Assembly (NCBI GenBank): GCA_963747805.1
Contig: CAVVGM010000004.1
Span: 807,998 to 871,997 of the forward strand
DNA: 64,000 bases
From: an uncultured Acidobacteriaceae bacterium
Lineage (GTDB): Bacteria > Acidobacteriota > Terriglobia > Terriglobales > Acidobacteriaceae
Direction: 5' to 3'
Under the pieces are notes generated by a model, which did not search any database, was not told the origin of the DNA, and saw nothing but the letters and a program-made list of their open reading frames with translations. Positions 51,599 to 60,969 of this stretch are shown in pieces; position 1 is the stretch's first letter; each line of letters starts with the position of its first letter. A program made the position numbers and the translations under genes.

Positions 51599-54067
51599 CT
51601 ATTCATAGCGCAATGAAACAATGGGGTCGATGCGGGCCGCGCGATGAGCCTGAATGTAGCTGGCCAGCAAAGTCACGAGGGCCAGAAGGAGCGAAATCGC
51701 AACGAAGGTGAGCGGATCGGCGGGGCTCACGCCAAACAACAGACTTCTCATTAGACGGGAAAGCGCGAAGGCACCGGCGAGTCCTACTGCTACTCCCGAT
51801 AGTGCCAATGCCATTCCCTTCCAGACCACTAAACGTACGATGCCCATTTGCGTGGCGCCCAGTGCGATCCGGATTCCAATTTCGCGGGTTCCCTGATTCA
51901 CCAGATAGGCCATGACTCCGTAAGTGCCGATGGTGGCGAGGGCCAGGGCTACGCAGGCGAAAAGTGTCAGCAGCAGCATGGAGAAGCGCCGCCGGGCCAG
52001 GGATTCCTCCATCCGCTGTTCCATGGTTCGAACGTTATACAGCGGCAGATTACTGTCCAGGGCGCGAATCTGCTGTTTCACGGCGGAGGTTAAAGCGGCA
52101 GGATTGGCGCCGGTGCGAAGCACCACGTTCATGGAGCGATCGGGATATTGAGTTTGCGGACGATAGAGAACGATGCGCGAATCGGCGTCGAGCGTGTATT
52201 GCTTGACGCGTCCTACAACTCCGACCACGGTTTCCCAGGGTTCCTTCTCGGCGACGCCTCCATAATGAATTCGCTTGCCGATTGGATCCTGGTCCGGCCA
52301 GAGTTGTCGAGCCATGTATTCGTCGACGATCACTACTTTGGGGCTGGTCGTGGTGTCCTGCTCGTTGAAGAATCTGCCTGAACGCAACGGAATTTCCATC
52401 GCCGAGAAGTAGTGGCCGCCCACGATGTGCTGATCCGCATTGATGAAATTCTCCCCCGGCGGGGGAACGCGGCCTTCCACGGTAATTGGTCCCCATTCAA
52501 ACATTTGGCTCAACGGAAGGGCAGTGACCCCGCCGGAGGCAGTGACTCCGGGCAAGGCATCCAGGCGATTCCAAAGATCGCGGTAGGTGGCTAGAACGGC
52601 TTTTGGATCTTCGTACTTGGGGCTGCTCAGAGTGAGCTCCAGGGTTAGAACATTCCTGGCGTTGAACCCGGGAGACACGCGTTGCAGGCGGCCGAAGCTG
52701 CGGATCAGCAGTCCAGCGCCAATCAACACCATTACGCACAGCGCGAGTTCGGCAACCACCAGCAGTCTGCGAAGATTATTGCCCCGTCCCCAGACCGCGC
52801 TGGTGCCGGCGGAGCCGCGGCTTGCGTCTTGCAAAGTCGCGTTCACGTTAAGCCGGGAAATGCGCAGCGCAGGCGCTAAACCGAAGAGAGCTCCGGAGCC
52901 TAGTGAAAGCAAAAATGTAAATAGCAGGGCCGCGCCGTTGATGGCGATGTCGTGAATTCGTGGAACGCTTTTGGGGCCAAGGATTTGAATCCAATGCAGG
53001 CTCCAGAACGCAAATAGAACGCCCAACGCGCCTCCGCACAGAGAAAGCAAAACGCTTTCCGTGAGCAACTGCTGAACGATTCGCCAGCGGCTTGCTCCCA
53101 TGGCGGTGCGAATGGCGATTTCCTTTTGCCGAGCAACCGCTCGAGCCAACAGAAGATTGGCCACGTTGGCGCAGGCAATGACCAGCACGAACCCCACAGC
53201 GCCCAGCAGAACGAACAGCGCCGGCCGAACATCTCCCACGACTTGCTCGAGCAAAGGCACAATACCGAAAGTTAAGCCGCCGTTCGGCGGATAGGTTTCT
53301 GGATGATCGTGGCGCAACCGGGCCGTGATCGTATCCATCTCAGCCTGGGCTTGTGCCGTCGAAACACCAGGCTTGAGCTTACCTATGATGTTGTAATCTT
53401 CGTGATCGCGGTTTTGCGCGGCGTCGGCGGGAAGCGGCAGAGGCAGAAGAATGTCCGCCTGCTCGGCTCCGCCGAGGGTGGGCAATACTTCACGCGGAAG
53501 AGAGAAACTCGGCGGCATGATGCCGACCACTTCGTAGGGCACTCCGTTGAGCGTGATCGACTGGCCGAGCATCCGGGGATCGGCGCCGTAGTGGCGTACC
53601 CACATGCCATGGCTGAGCACCGCGGTGGCGGGCCTGCCGGTCAAATCTTCGTCCGCCGAGAAGGTGCGCCCCAGAGCCGCCGACTGGCCGAGCATGGGCA
53701 ACAGATTCGACGAAATGCGAATCGTGCCTACACGTTCGGGTTCGCCACGGCTGGTCAGGTTATCGTTGCCGCCGATGGCAATCGCCACCTGCTCAAAGCC
53801 GTGATGCCCAGTCTTGATATCAAAATACTGCGCCGTCGAGAACCAGTCCTGGGTGATGTTCAGGCCCGGAGAGCGATTCCACAAAATCACCAGCCGTTCC
53901 GCATCCTGATACGGCAATGGCCGCAGCAACAATGCGTCGAGAATGCTGAAGATCGATGTGTTCGCGCCAATCCCGATCGCCAGCGACAAAATGGCCGCCA
54001 CGGTAAATCCGGGACTCTTAGCCAACATCCGAACCGCATAGGCAACATCTTTCGCCAGAGTTCTCAT
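51599..54067 (-). CDS. ADOP-family duplicated MacB/FtsX-like permease
   Basis: N-terminus MRTLAKDVAYAVRMLAKSPGFTVAAILSLAIGIGANTSIFS and two MacB_PCD + FtsX halves. The architecture is typical of acidobacterial duplicated orphan permeases. Confidence 0.85.
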   Translation of the reverse strand: MRTLAKDVAYAVRMLAKSPGFTVAAILSLAIGIGANTSIFSILDALLLRPLPYQDAERLVILWNRSPGLNITQDWFSTAQYFDIKTGHHGFEQVAIAIGGNDNLTSRGEPERVGTIRISSNLLPMLGQSAALGRTFSADEDLTGRPATAVLSHGMWVRHYGADPRMLGQSITLNGVPYEVVGIMPPSFSLPREVLPTLGGAEQADILLPLPLPADAAQNRDHEDYNIIGKLKPGVSTAQAQAEMDTITARLRHDHPETYPPNGGLTFGIVPLLEQVVGDVRPALFVLLGAVGFVLVIACANVANLLLARAVARQKEIAIRTAMGASRWRIVQQLLTESVLLSLCGGALGVLFAFWSLHWIQILGPKSVPRIHDIAINGAALLFTFLLSLGSGALFGLAPALRISRLNVNATLQDASRGSAGTSAVWGRGNNLRRLLVVAELALCVMVLIGAGLLIRSFGRLQRVSPGFNARNVLTLELTLSSPKYEDPKAVLATYRDLWNRLDALPGVTASGGVTALPLSQMFEWGPITVEGRVPPPGENFINADQHIVGGHYFSAMEIPLRSGRFFNEQDTTTSPKVVIVDEYMARQLWPDQDPIGKRIHYGGVAEKEPWETVVGVVGRVKQYTLDADSRIVLYRPQTQYPDRSMNVVLRTGANPAALTSAVKQQIRALDSNLPLYNVRTMEQRMEESLARRRFSMLLLTLFACVALALATIGTYGVMAYLVNQGTREIGIRIALGATQMGIVRLVVWKGMALALSGVAVGLAGAFALSRLMRSLLFGVSPADPLTFVAISLLLALVTLLASYIQAHRAARIDPIVSLRYE

Positions 54068-54291
54068 GCGCTGTTATTTCCTTCTGTCGGGAAGAATAGT
54101 TATTGTTGCGACTGCCGCTCGGGACAAATCCTTCGCTGCGTTTTGTTGTTTGACGCTGCCAAAGAATAAATGAAAGCCAACCGGGCATGGGATCTGGCCT
54201 TCGCAATCATAATCCACCGGCTGGTTTCGCTCCGATGTGGTGCGGGACTGTTGCAAAATCGCGAGATCACGGCAGTGGTGAAGCTGAGGGG

Positions 54292-56214
54292 TTATTGAGT
54301 TAACCCGACGCGGCTCAGCAAATCCTGGAAGCGCGGATCGCGGCGCAGAGGGTCGTAGAGGGGATCTACTTTGAGGCCGGTCAGGGCATTGGAATGTTCC
54401 GCGTATGCTTTGTTGAGCCAGAGGAAGGCGTCGTCCTTCTTGTCCATGCCGATGTAGGGCGCAACAAAGAGTATTGGATCCACTGGCTGGCGTCGATTCA
54501 ACTGTTCCAATTTCGCCAGGGCAAGTTCAGCCTGCGCCTGCTGACCGGTTCGCCCATATATATAGGCTAGTTCCGGGCAAGTCCACGAATTGTAAACCGG
54601 GCGCGACTTTTCGAGCTCCGCCAATGCGTCGGCGAACATTCCCTTTTGTTCGTCGGCACGCACGATGAGGCCGGCGGCGCGCGGGAAGCCCGGATCGAGT
54701 TCACGAACCTCGCGCAGCTTTTCGAGAGCCCGGTCGTATTGACGCGAAGTGAACAAAATTGCGCCGTTGTCGGTAGCGATGATCAGGGAAAGTGGATCGA
54801 GCTGGCGCGCTCGTTCGCTCTCGCGCAGCGCCTCATCGAAGTGGCCTCGCCACATCAGATGCTCGGCGTACCAGTGATGGGCCGTCGCGTAGTTGGGATT
54901 CAACTCGATCGCGCGCTGGTATTCTCTCCCCGCGGTTTGCCAGTCATAGTCGTAATTCTGAACGATCAAAGCCATGGCGGTATGGGCCTCTGGCAGATCC
55001 CGATCCAGCTCCAGGGCGCGTAGCGCCGCAGCCCGAGCCTTCGGCATGTATTCGATCGGCGAAGCCACGCCGTAAGGGGCTAAGAGGGCATACGAATCGG
55101 CCAGGCCCGCGTAGGCGCGTGCAAAATTGGGGTCTTTGGCTATGGCTTGCTGATAATAGTCAATCGCCCGCTCGAATCCTTCCGTTGTTCTCTTGTTCCA
55201 GAAGTACTGTCCTTTGAGGTAGAGATCATAAGCCTCGTAGTTCTGAGGGGATGAAGGTTGCTGGGCCGGCTGGGTGATTGGCGTGTGACCCCAGAGGGCG
55301 ATCTGAATCTCGTCAGAGACTTCGTGCGCGATCTCCCCTTGAAGCGCCAGGAGGTGACTCAGTTCGCGGTCGTACTGTCGCGCCCAGAGATGGGTCTGGT
55401 CCTTCAATTGAATGAGCTGGGCTGTGATTCGCACTTTGTCCGAATCGCGCCGGATGCTGCCCTCCAGCACATACTGGACGCCGAGTTCACGACCGATTTG
55501 ATCTAACGGCTCCTGGCTGTGCTTGTAGTGCATGACCGAGGTGCGCGCGATGACACCAAGATGCGGAGCATCGAGGTTTCCTAACTGGGTGATCATCTCC
55601 TCGGTCATACCGTCGCTGAAGTAATCCTGCGCGGCATCTCCAGTGAGATTTTCGAAAGGGAGAACTGCCAGCATTAATCGCCCGCTCGCTGGCGGGACTC
55701 GAGCTGAAAAACGAAAATACCCGGCAGCCGCGACCGCGACAAGAAAAACAGCGGCTCCAAGCACGACGGACCAGCGACGAAGGCCTGAGTTGGAAACCGC
55801 CGGCAGCGGAAGAGATTCCGGCTCATCGCTGGCCGCCTTCAGCGGCAGGCCAGCGGCCGGCTCTGGCGCAGGTGTATCCACCGCAGCGATGAAGCGGTAT
55901 CCACGGCCCATGATGGTCTGAATGAAACGTGGGTTATCAGGATCATCTCGCAGCACGCGCCGAATTTTGCGGATGGCCCCGTTGATACTGTTATCGGTAT
56001 CAACATTGACGTCGTTTCCCCAGATCCGGCCAGCGATCTGTTCCCGGGTAACCAACTGTCCCCTCTGCTCGATCAGGAACAGGAGAATCTCCATGGGAAT
56101 GCGTTCGATCTTAATGACGTGGCCCGAACGACGCAGCTCATAGGCGGCCCTGTCGAGTTCAAAACCCTCGGCAAGCCTGATTGTCTTCTGACCTGCTTCA
56201 GGTTCGGAGGCCAC
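54292..56214 (-). CDS. OmpR/CadC-type winged-helix regulator with a TM segment, periplasmic region and C-terminal TPR repeats
   Basis: wHTH: ...IPMEILLFLIEQRGQLVTREQIAGRIWG...AIRKIRRVLRDD...IQTIMGRGYRF. One TM helix (VVLGAAVFLVAVAAAGYF). TPR-like repeats (AIELNPNYATAHHWYA etc.). Confidence 0.8.
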   Translation of the reverse strand: MASEPEAGQKTIRLAEGFELDRAAYELRRSGHVIKIERIPMEILLFLIEQRGQLVTREQIAGRIWGNDVNVDTDNSINGAIRKIRRVLRDDPDNPRFIQTIMGRGYRFIAAVDTPAPEPAAGLPLKAASDEPESLPLPAVSNSGLRRWSVVLGAAVFLVAVAAAGYFRFSARVPPASGRLMLAVLPFENLTGDAAQDYFSDGMTEEMITQLGNLDAPHLGVIARTSVMHYKHSQEPLDQIGRELGVQYVLEGSIRRDSDKVRITAQLIQLKDQTHLWARQYDRELSHLLALQGEIAHEVSDEIQIALWGHTPITQPAQQPSSPQNYEAYDLYLKGQYFWNKRTTEGFERAIDYYQQAIAKDPNFARAYAGLADSYALLAPYGVASPIEYMPKARAAALRALELDRDLPEAHTAMALIVQNYDYDWQTAGREYQRAIELNPNYATAHHWYAEHLMWRGHFDEALRESERARQLDPLSLIIATDNGAILFTSRQYDRALEKLREVRELDPGFPRAAGLIVRADEQKGMFADALAELEKSRPVYNSWTCPELAYIYGRTGQQAQAELALAKLEQLNRRQPVDPILFVAPYIGMDKKDDAFLWLNKAYAEHSNALTGLKVDPLYDPLRRDPRFQDLLSRVGLTQ

Positions 56215-56387
56215 AGCGATTCTCCATGAGTGGCGTAATTCTAGCGTAGTTTCCCTTCTCGGAACCCATTACCGCCGGAAAGTCTTGTGTTTTCTGGCGA
56301 TTAGCGCGACATGAAAATTAAGACGGCCGACAGGCGTCCTCTATTGATGCCGACGCCGGAATCCGGCACCGTGTGGATCAGGCCACT

Positions 56388-57914
56388 ATGTCTTGCCCCT
56401 TCCACACGACTGCACCAAGTTCTCCTCCCACCACGCCTGTCTCGTTCGCAGGGTACCCCGACGAATCCTGGTTCTTGGGGAGCGCGAGCGCCGTCGCCCG
56501 GAATGGATTGGAATTCTTTGAGCGCTGCGAGCAAACCGCGGGAATTGTTCGGACGCGTTTTCTTGTGAAACGCGTTTATGTGGTAACGGATCCGACCGCG
56601 ATTGCCGATGTACTAGTAAACCATCCGAGGAGCTTCGTTAAGCCGTATCTATTGCGGCGGATGAAGGTGTTGTTCGGCAATGGCTTGCTCACCTCCAGCG
56701 GAGAGCATTGGGCGAACTACCGGCATCTGGTGCAGCCCGCCTTTGGCGCCGAATGCATGACAGGGTTCCTGCGCCTGGTTCGCGAGAGTACTGAGGGGAT
56801 GCTGTCGTCATGGTGCGATGGAGAACGTTGTCCCGGAGAATCGGGCGACGGAGAGGTACGCGACGTTTATCCGGAGATCGTCGATTTGTGTATGAAAAAC
56901 GTGGCGCAGACCATGTTCGGCGTATACGACGAGGAAATGGGAAGCATTGTCCGGGCGCTTGCGGCAACCTGCCACGATCTTACTCATGCGGTACTCAATG
57001 TGGGCCAGCTCCTGCCCTTCCATCTGCCTCGGAGGCTGAAGCGGCGACTTGACGGCGAACTGGGCGCTCTGAATCACTATCTCGGCCGTCTGATCGATCA
57101 ACGCATGGACGATCAGCGGAGGAACGAGCCGCCACGTCGTGACTTCCTCGGACTTCTTCTCTCTGGTGGTGGAGAGCACGGTGAGCCTGTGAACCGGCAG
57201 GCGGTGCTCGACGAGTCAGTCACGATGCTTCTCGCCGGCCACGAAACTACTGCATCGGCGCTGGCATGGAGTTTGTATCTCCTGGCACGCCATCCCAAAC
57301 ACGCCGACGCGCTTGCCGACGATCTCGTGTCGCACTTGCAGGGTGACGCGCCGTCGATCAGTGATCTCGAGGATTTAACTTTGCTGCGCGCGACCCTCGA
57401 TGAGACTCTGCGTCTCTATCCGCCCACCCATCGCATCGGCCGAACGGTGGTATCTCCGGTGGTAGTCGGCGGTCACAAAATTCCGGTGGGCGCCGACGTG
57501 CTGGTTCCGCAGTGGGCGGTGCACCGCTCCGCGCGCTGGTACGATCGGCCGCTGGACTTCCTGCCCGAACGTTGGACGCCCGCTTTTCGGCGCTCGCTTC
57601 CGAAGTTCGCCTACTTTCCATTCAGCGGCGGACCACGTATTTGCGTTGGCACTCAGCTGGCCTATTCCGAGGTTGCGGTCGTCCTCGGCATGTTGGCTCA
57701 GCGCTTCCGGTACTCGCTGTGCGATGAGACGCCCCTTGTGCCCTATGAGGGATTGACCCTGCTCCCCGCGGGAGGCCACCTTCGATTGAAACTCAAACGC
57801 AGACGCTTGATCCCCGCGGTTCTGAACCACGCAGCTCCGAACCATGCGGCTCCGAACCACGCAGCTTCGAACCGTGCGGCTTCGAACGATGCAGCGCAAT
57901 TGGTCTATTCGTGA
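56388..57914 (+). CDS. Cytochrome P450 with a C-terminal NHAAP-type pentapeptide repeat tail
   Basis: Haem-binding loop FPFSGGPRICVGTQLA, the ExxR element ETLRLYPP, and the I-helix MLLAGHETTA. Confidence 0.9.
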   Translation: MSCPFHTTAPSSPPTTPVSFAGYPDESWFLGSASAVARNGLEFFERCEQTAGIVRTRFLVKRVYVVTDPTAIADVLVNHPRSFVKPYLLRRMKVLFGNGLLTSSGEHWANYRHLVQPAFGAECMTGFLRLVRESTEGMLSSWCDGERCPGESGDGEVRDVYPEIVDLCMKNVAQTMFGVYDEEMGSIVRALAATCHDLTHAVLNVGQLLPFHLPRRLKRRLDGELGALNHYLGRLIDQRMDDQRRNEPPRRDFLGLLLSGGGEHGEPVNRQAVLDESVTMLLAGHETTASALAWSLYLLARHPKHADALADDLVSHLQGDAPSISDLEDLTLLRATLDETLRLYPPTHRIGRTVVSPVVVGGHKIPVGADVLVPQWAVHRSARWYDRPLDFLPERWTPAFRRSLPKFAYFPFSGGPRICVGTQLAYSEVAVVLGMLAQRFRYSLCDETPLVPYEGLTLLPAGGHLRLKLKRRRLIPAVLNHAAPNHAAPNHAASNRAASNDAAQLVYS

Positions 57915-57956
57915 GTTTTCGTTCGAAGCATGCACGCCGGGCAAAAGGAGGCGAGG

Positions 57957-58865
57957 ATGAACGGCGCAAACGCGATGGACCAAACGGCGATTGACCAAGC
58001 TGCGAGGGACCAGGACGATTCAATGCAAGGTGTTTCAGCGGAACGCGATCGCATCGACTGGATCACGAACCTTCCGTTCCTTGGCATGCACGCCGCTTGT
58101 CTCGGAGCCTTCTGGGTCGCATTTTCGTGGAAAGCCGTAGCGCTTTGCGCCGCACTTTATGCGATCCGCATGTTCGGTATCACGGGCGGATATCATCGCT
58201 ATTTTTCTCATCGCTCTTACCGCACCAGTCGTGCCTTCCAGTTTGTCCTGGCATGGATCGGCTGCTCCGCGCTGCAGAAGGGACCGCTTTGGTGGGCGGC
58301 TCTTCATCGCCATCATCACAGGCATTCCGACGAGAAAGAAGATGTGCATTCGCCACTGCAAAGCGGCTTCTGGTGGTCGCATGTGGGTTGGATCATGAGC
58401 AACAAGTACGAGGCCACTGATTTCGAGATCGTCAAAGACTTCAGCCAATACCCGGAACTTCGTTGGTTGGACCGTCACTGGGCCGTGCCTGGAGTGCTGT
58501 TGGCTGCCGCCTGCTTTCTCTTCATGGGATGGCCCGGCCTGGTCTGGGGATTTTTTATCAGCACCGTGCTGCTGTATCACGGAACTTTTGCGACGAATTC
58601 TCTTTGCCACATGTTTGGAAGAATTCGCTACAAAACGGCAGATACCAGCCGTAACAGCTTCATCCTGGCCCTGGTCACATTAGGAGAAGGATGGCACAAC
58701 AACCACCACTATTACTCGGCCTCGGCTCGCATGGGATTTTTCTGGTGGGAGGTTGACGTCTCTTTCTACACGCTGAGCTGCTTATCCCTGCTGGGGCTCG
58801 TGTGGGATATGAAGAAGCCAAGGGAGCGAGTCCTGAGAATGGGTGATCCGATGTTACATCAATGA
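57957..58865 (+). CDS. Acyl-CoA (delta-9-type) fatty acid desaturase
   Basis: Three His boxes: HRYFSHRSY, HRHHHRHSD, WHNNHHYY. AAGGAGG RBS 5 nt before the ATG at 57957. Confidence 0.9.
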   Translation: MNGANAMDQTAIDQAARDQDDSMQGVSAERDRIDWITNLPFLGMHAACLGAFWVAFSWKAVALCAALYAIRMFGITGGYHRYFSHRSYRTSRAFQFVLAWIGCSALQKGPLWWAALHRHHHRHSDEKEDVHSPLQSGFWWSHVGWIMSNKYEATDFEIVKDFSQYPELRWLDRHWAVPGVLLAAACFLFMGWPGLVWGFFISTVLLYHGTFATNSLCHMFGRIRYKTADTSRNSFILALVTLGEGWHNNHHYYSASARMGFFWWEVDVSFYTLSCLSLLGLVWDMKKPRERVLRMGDPMLHQ

Positions 58866-59046
58866 ATCAGCACAGGCACCAGTTCGACGCGGCGTGTCGC
58901 GGAACCCTCGAACAGCAGCTGCCATCGAGAGCAAGTCGCCCGAATCTGCAGCCAACTCCCCAAACAAGAAGACCGCCCGTTTCAGGCGACCCTGGTTCTC
59001 ACTTGAACAGTGCCGCGTCGGGCACTTGATGCCGGGGCACGCGGGC

Positions 59047-59655
59047 TCAGCGCTTCTGGTACGGGTGGAAGATGTAGTCCTTCGCCTTCACTGGCGTGTG
59101 GCACGCGAACCCGCAGTCTGAGAAACTTTTGGGATCGGCCGTGAACGTGTCGGATGCGGCTTCGTAGTTGAACACCGCGTATCCCCATCCGCCGCTTTTC
59201 GAAAATCTCTTGCTGTCCTTCTCCATGAGGAAAGCCTGGGAGTAGACGTCTGGCACCTCCACGACGAAAGGGGCCTCCGTGCTCTTCTTCAGCTTCCACT
59301 GCAGCTTCGCGATCTTGGAGCCATCCGGGAAAGTCTGGCCGTTGACCGGAATGCCGGCCTTGAACGCCTGGATCATCTCCGGATTGGCGACGATCACCTT
59401 GAGTATTTCTTCGGTCCGGGCGGAAGAGACAACCGACCAGTCCTCGTATCCCCTGAAGTCGGAGAAGGCGATTCCGCTCGGCGATTTCAGCAAGTACTTA
59501 TCCTTGCTTTGGCTTTGAGCGAAAAGGGCCGCGGCGCCGAGGACGGCGAGCACTGCCACGGCTGTTGCAGCGATGGCAAAACCAGCGTTACGTTTCACGG
59601 TGCCGGGTGTTTCTACCATCCGTTCTTGTTGTTCTTGCGCCGCTGGTTTCCTCAT
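59047..59655 (-). CDS. Cytochrome P460-family-like exported haem protein
   Basis: N-terminal anchor/signal, ...RFSKSGGWGYAVFNY..., and C-terminal SDCGFACHTPVKAKDYIF. The family call comes from my memory of the GGWGY...C..CH...D.VF pattern. Confidence 0.6.
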   Translation of the reverse strand: MRKPAAQEQQERMVETPGTVKRNAGFAIAATAVAVLAVLGAAALFAQSQSKDKYLLKSPSGIAFSDFRGYEDWSVVSSARTEEILKVIVANPEMIQAFKAGIPVNGQTFPDGSKIAKLQWKLKKSTEAPFVVEVPDVYSQAFLMEKDSKRFSKSGGWGYAVFNYEAASDTFTADPKSFSDCGFACHTPVKAKDYIFHPYQKR

Positions 59656-59755
59656 CAGTTCAGACACGGTGTGTTCTCCTCCACAAAAGAATCTTCTAAG
59701 CCCGATCAGCGTACATCTCGGCGGGAGCAATTAAGACAGACGTGAGGGAGTAAAG

Positions 59756-59919
59756 CAATTGGACGATAGTATCGACGATACCTTCGTATCGAGTGTGCGG
59801 GGGAGTCTGCTCCGTGTGATCGATTTTCAGAACTAACGGGGTGGGGAAGACCCGCGTGCCTCACGTATAAAGACACGGTCATTCGATACGGAAGTTTGGG
59901 CAATACCATCGTCCAATTG
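59756..59919. repeat. ~164-bp element bounded by ~37-bp imperfect inverted repeats (perfect termini CAATTGGACGAT / ATCGTCCAATTG). The left arm contains the palindrome GTATCGaCGATAC.
   Basis: Left arm 59756-59792, right arm 59882-59919. It lies in the divergent P460 / four-helix-bundle gene intergenic region. Confidence 0.6.
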
Positions 59920-60093
59920 CGCGGCCCATTTTGTTCTGGCTGAATGGTGGCGGCTTTACGTCCCCGGGGTTTGTGCCACCCGAGCGACGATTTTTGATCG
60001 AAATTCCATTGCCCCGGTGCCGTGATCATTCTCCCTGGCAATGGTCGAGACGCCAGGAATACAACCACAGTTCGATAAAGAATGGAGGATCAA

Positions 60094-60453
60094 ATGACGA
60101 TTTCAAATCAAACAATTGAGCGATGCATCGAAGAGTGTTTGCAGTGCCTGCGCTGGTGCACTCAATGCCGCGCCGAGTCCCTGGACCAGGATCCTCTCAT
60201 GATGAGGGACAGTATCAGGCTTTGTAACGAATGTGTTGAATTGTGCCGAACCTGCGTAGCCCTGCTTGCGGGCAACTCTGGATTCGCTCATCGGGTGTGC
60301 AGTATCTGTTCCGAGCTATGCACAGCCTGCGCGGCAGAGTGCGGGAAATACGAAGGCGAAACGATGAGGAAGTGTGCCCAGGCGTGCCGGCAATGCGCGG
60401 CTACATGCGCTGAGGTCGCACAAGCGGGGCCAATTCGTCAGGCCGCGGCATAA
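60094..60453 (+). CDS. Four-helix-bundle copper-binding protein (DUF326, Cys-rich)
   Basis: Repeated CxxxC/CxxC heptads: CIEECLQCLRWCTQC, CNECVELCRTC, CSICSELCTACAAEC, CAQACRQCAATC. GGAGGA RBS before the ATG at 60094. Confidence 0.8.
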   Translation: MTISNQTIERCIEECLQCLRWCTQCRAESLDQDPLMMRDSIRLCNECVELCRTCVALLAGNSGFAHRVCSICSELCTACAAECGKYEGETMRKCAQACRQCAATCAEVAQAGPIRQAAA

Positions 60454-60575
60454 GATGAATAGTCCGGGCTACGGGTGGGGAGTCGGCACCGGACGAGTTG
60501 ACGGAGTTGCCGTTCGCTGAAAGGTCGAGCAAGCCCGGTTATCACGAGCTGCCGTGGCGGCCCTATCACGGGCAG

Positions 60576-60929
60576 CTAGTTTAGGAGCGATTCCCAGTTA
60601 GCGGGCACCCTGCCTGCGGGGCCGGGTGAGGGTTGACTTTCGGGATGCGCGTGCGGCGGAAGCAATTGCACACCCTTGATCATCCCCTTCTTCTCGTAAT
60701 CGTAGAACCAGTCCTCACCCGGCTCGAAGCTGGCAATGATCGGATGGCCTGTCTCCGCCGCATGCTTGGATGCATGCTGACTCGGAGAAGAGTCACAGCA
60801 CCCGATGTGCCCACACTCTGCACACCGACGCAGGTGAAACCACCAGCCTTTCGGTGACGCCAGGCATTCTACACATCCGTCGCCACTTGGTTTCGAAGCG
60901 AGATTAATCCCGCGGCGATCCTTCTTCAT
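60576..60929 (-). CDS. UBP-type zinc-finger domain protein
   Basis: CVECLASPKGWWFHLRRCAECGHIGCCDSSPSQHASKHAAETGHPII. ATG at 60929 with an AAGGA RBS; the track start at 61079 is probably too long. Confidence 0.75.
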   Translation of the reverse strand: MKKDRRGINLASKPSGDGCVECLASPKGWWFHLRRCAECGHIGCCDSSPSQHASKHAAETGHPIIASFEPGEDWFYDYEKKGMIKGVQLLPPHAHPESQPSPGPAGRVPANWESLLN

Positions 60930-60969
60930 TTTCGATTTTCCTTTCCATGTTGCATGTCTAGCGAAGGAC

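Noticed and set aside
53303-54169. 288-aa plus-strand ORF
   Set aside because: It is antisense to the ADOP permease gene and has shadow-ORF composition.
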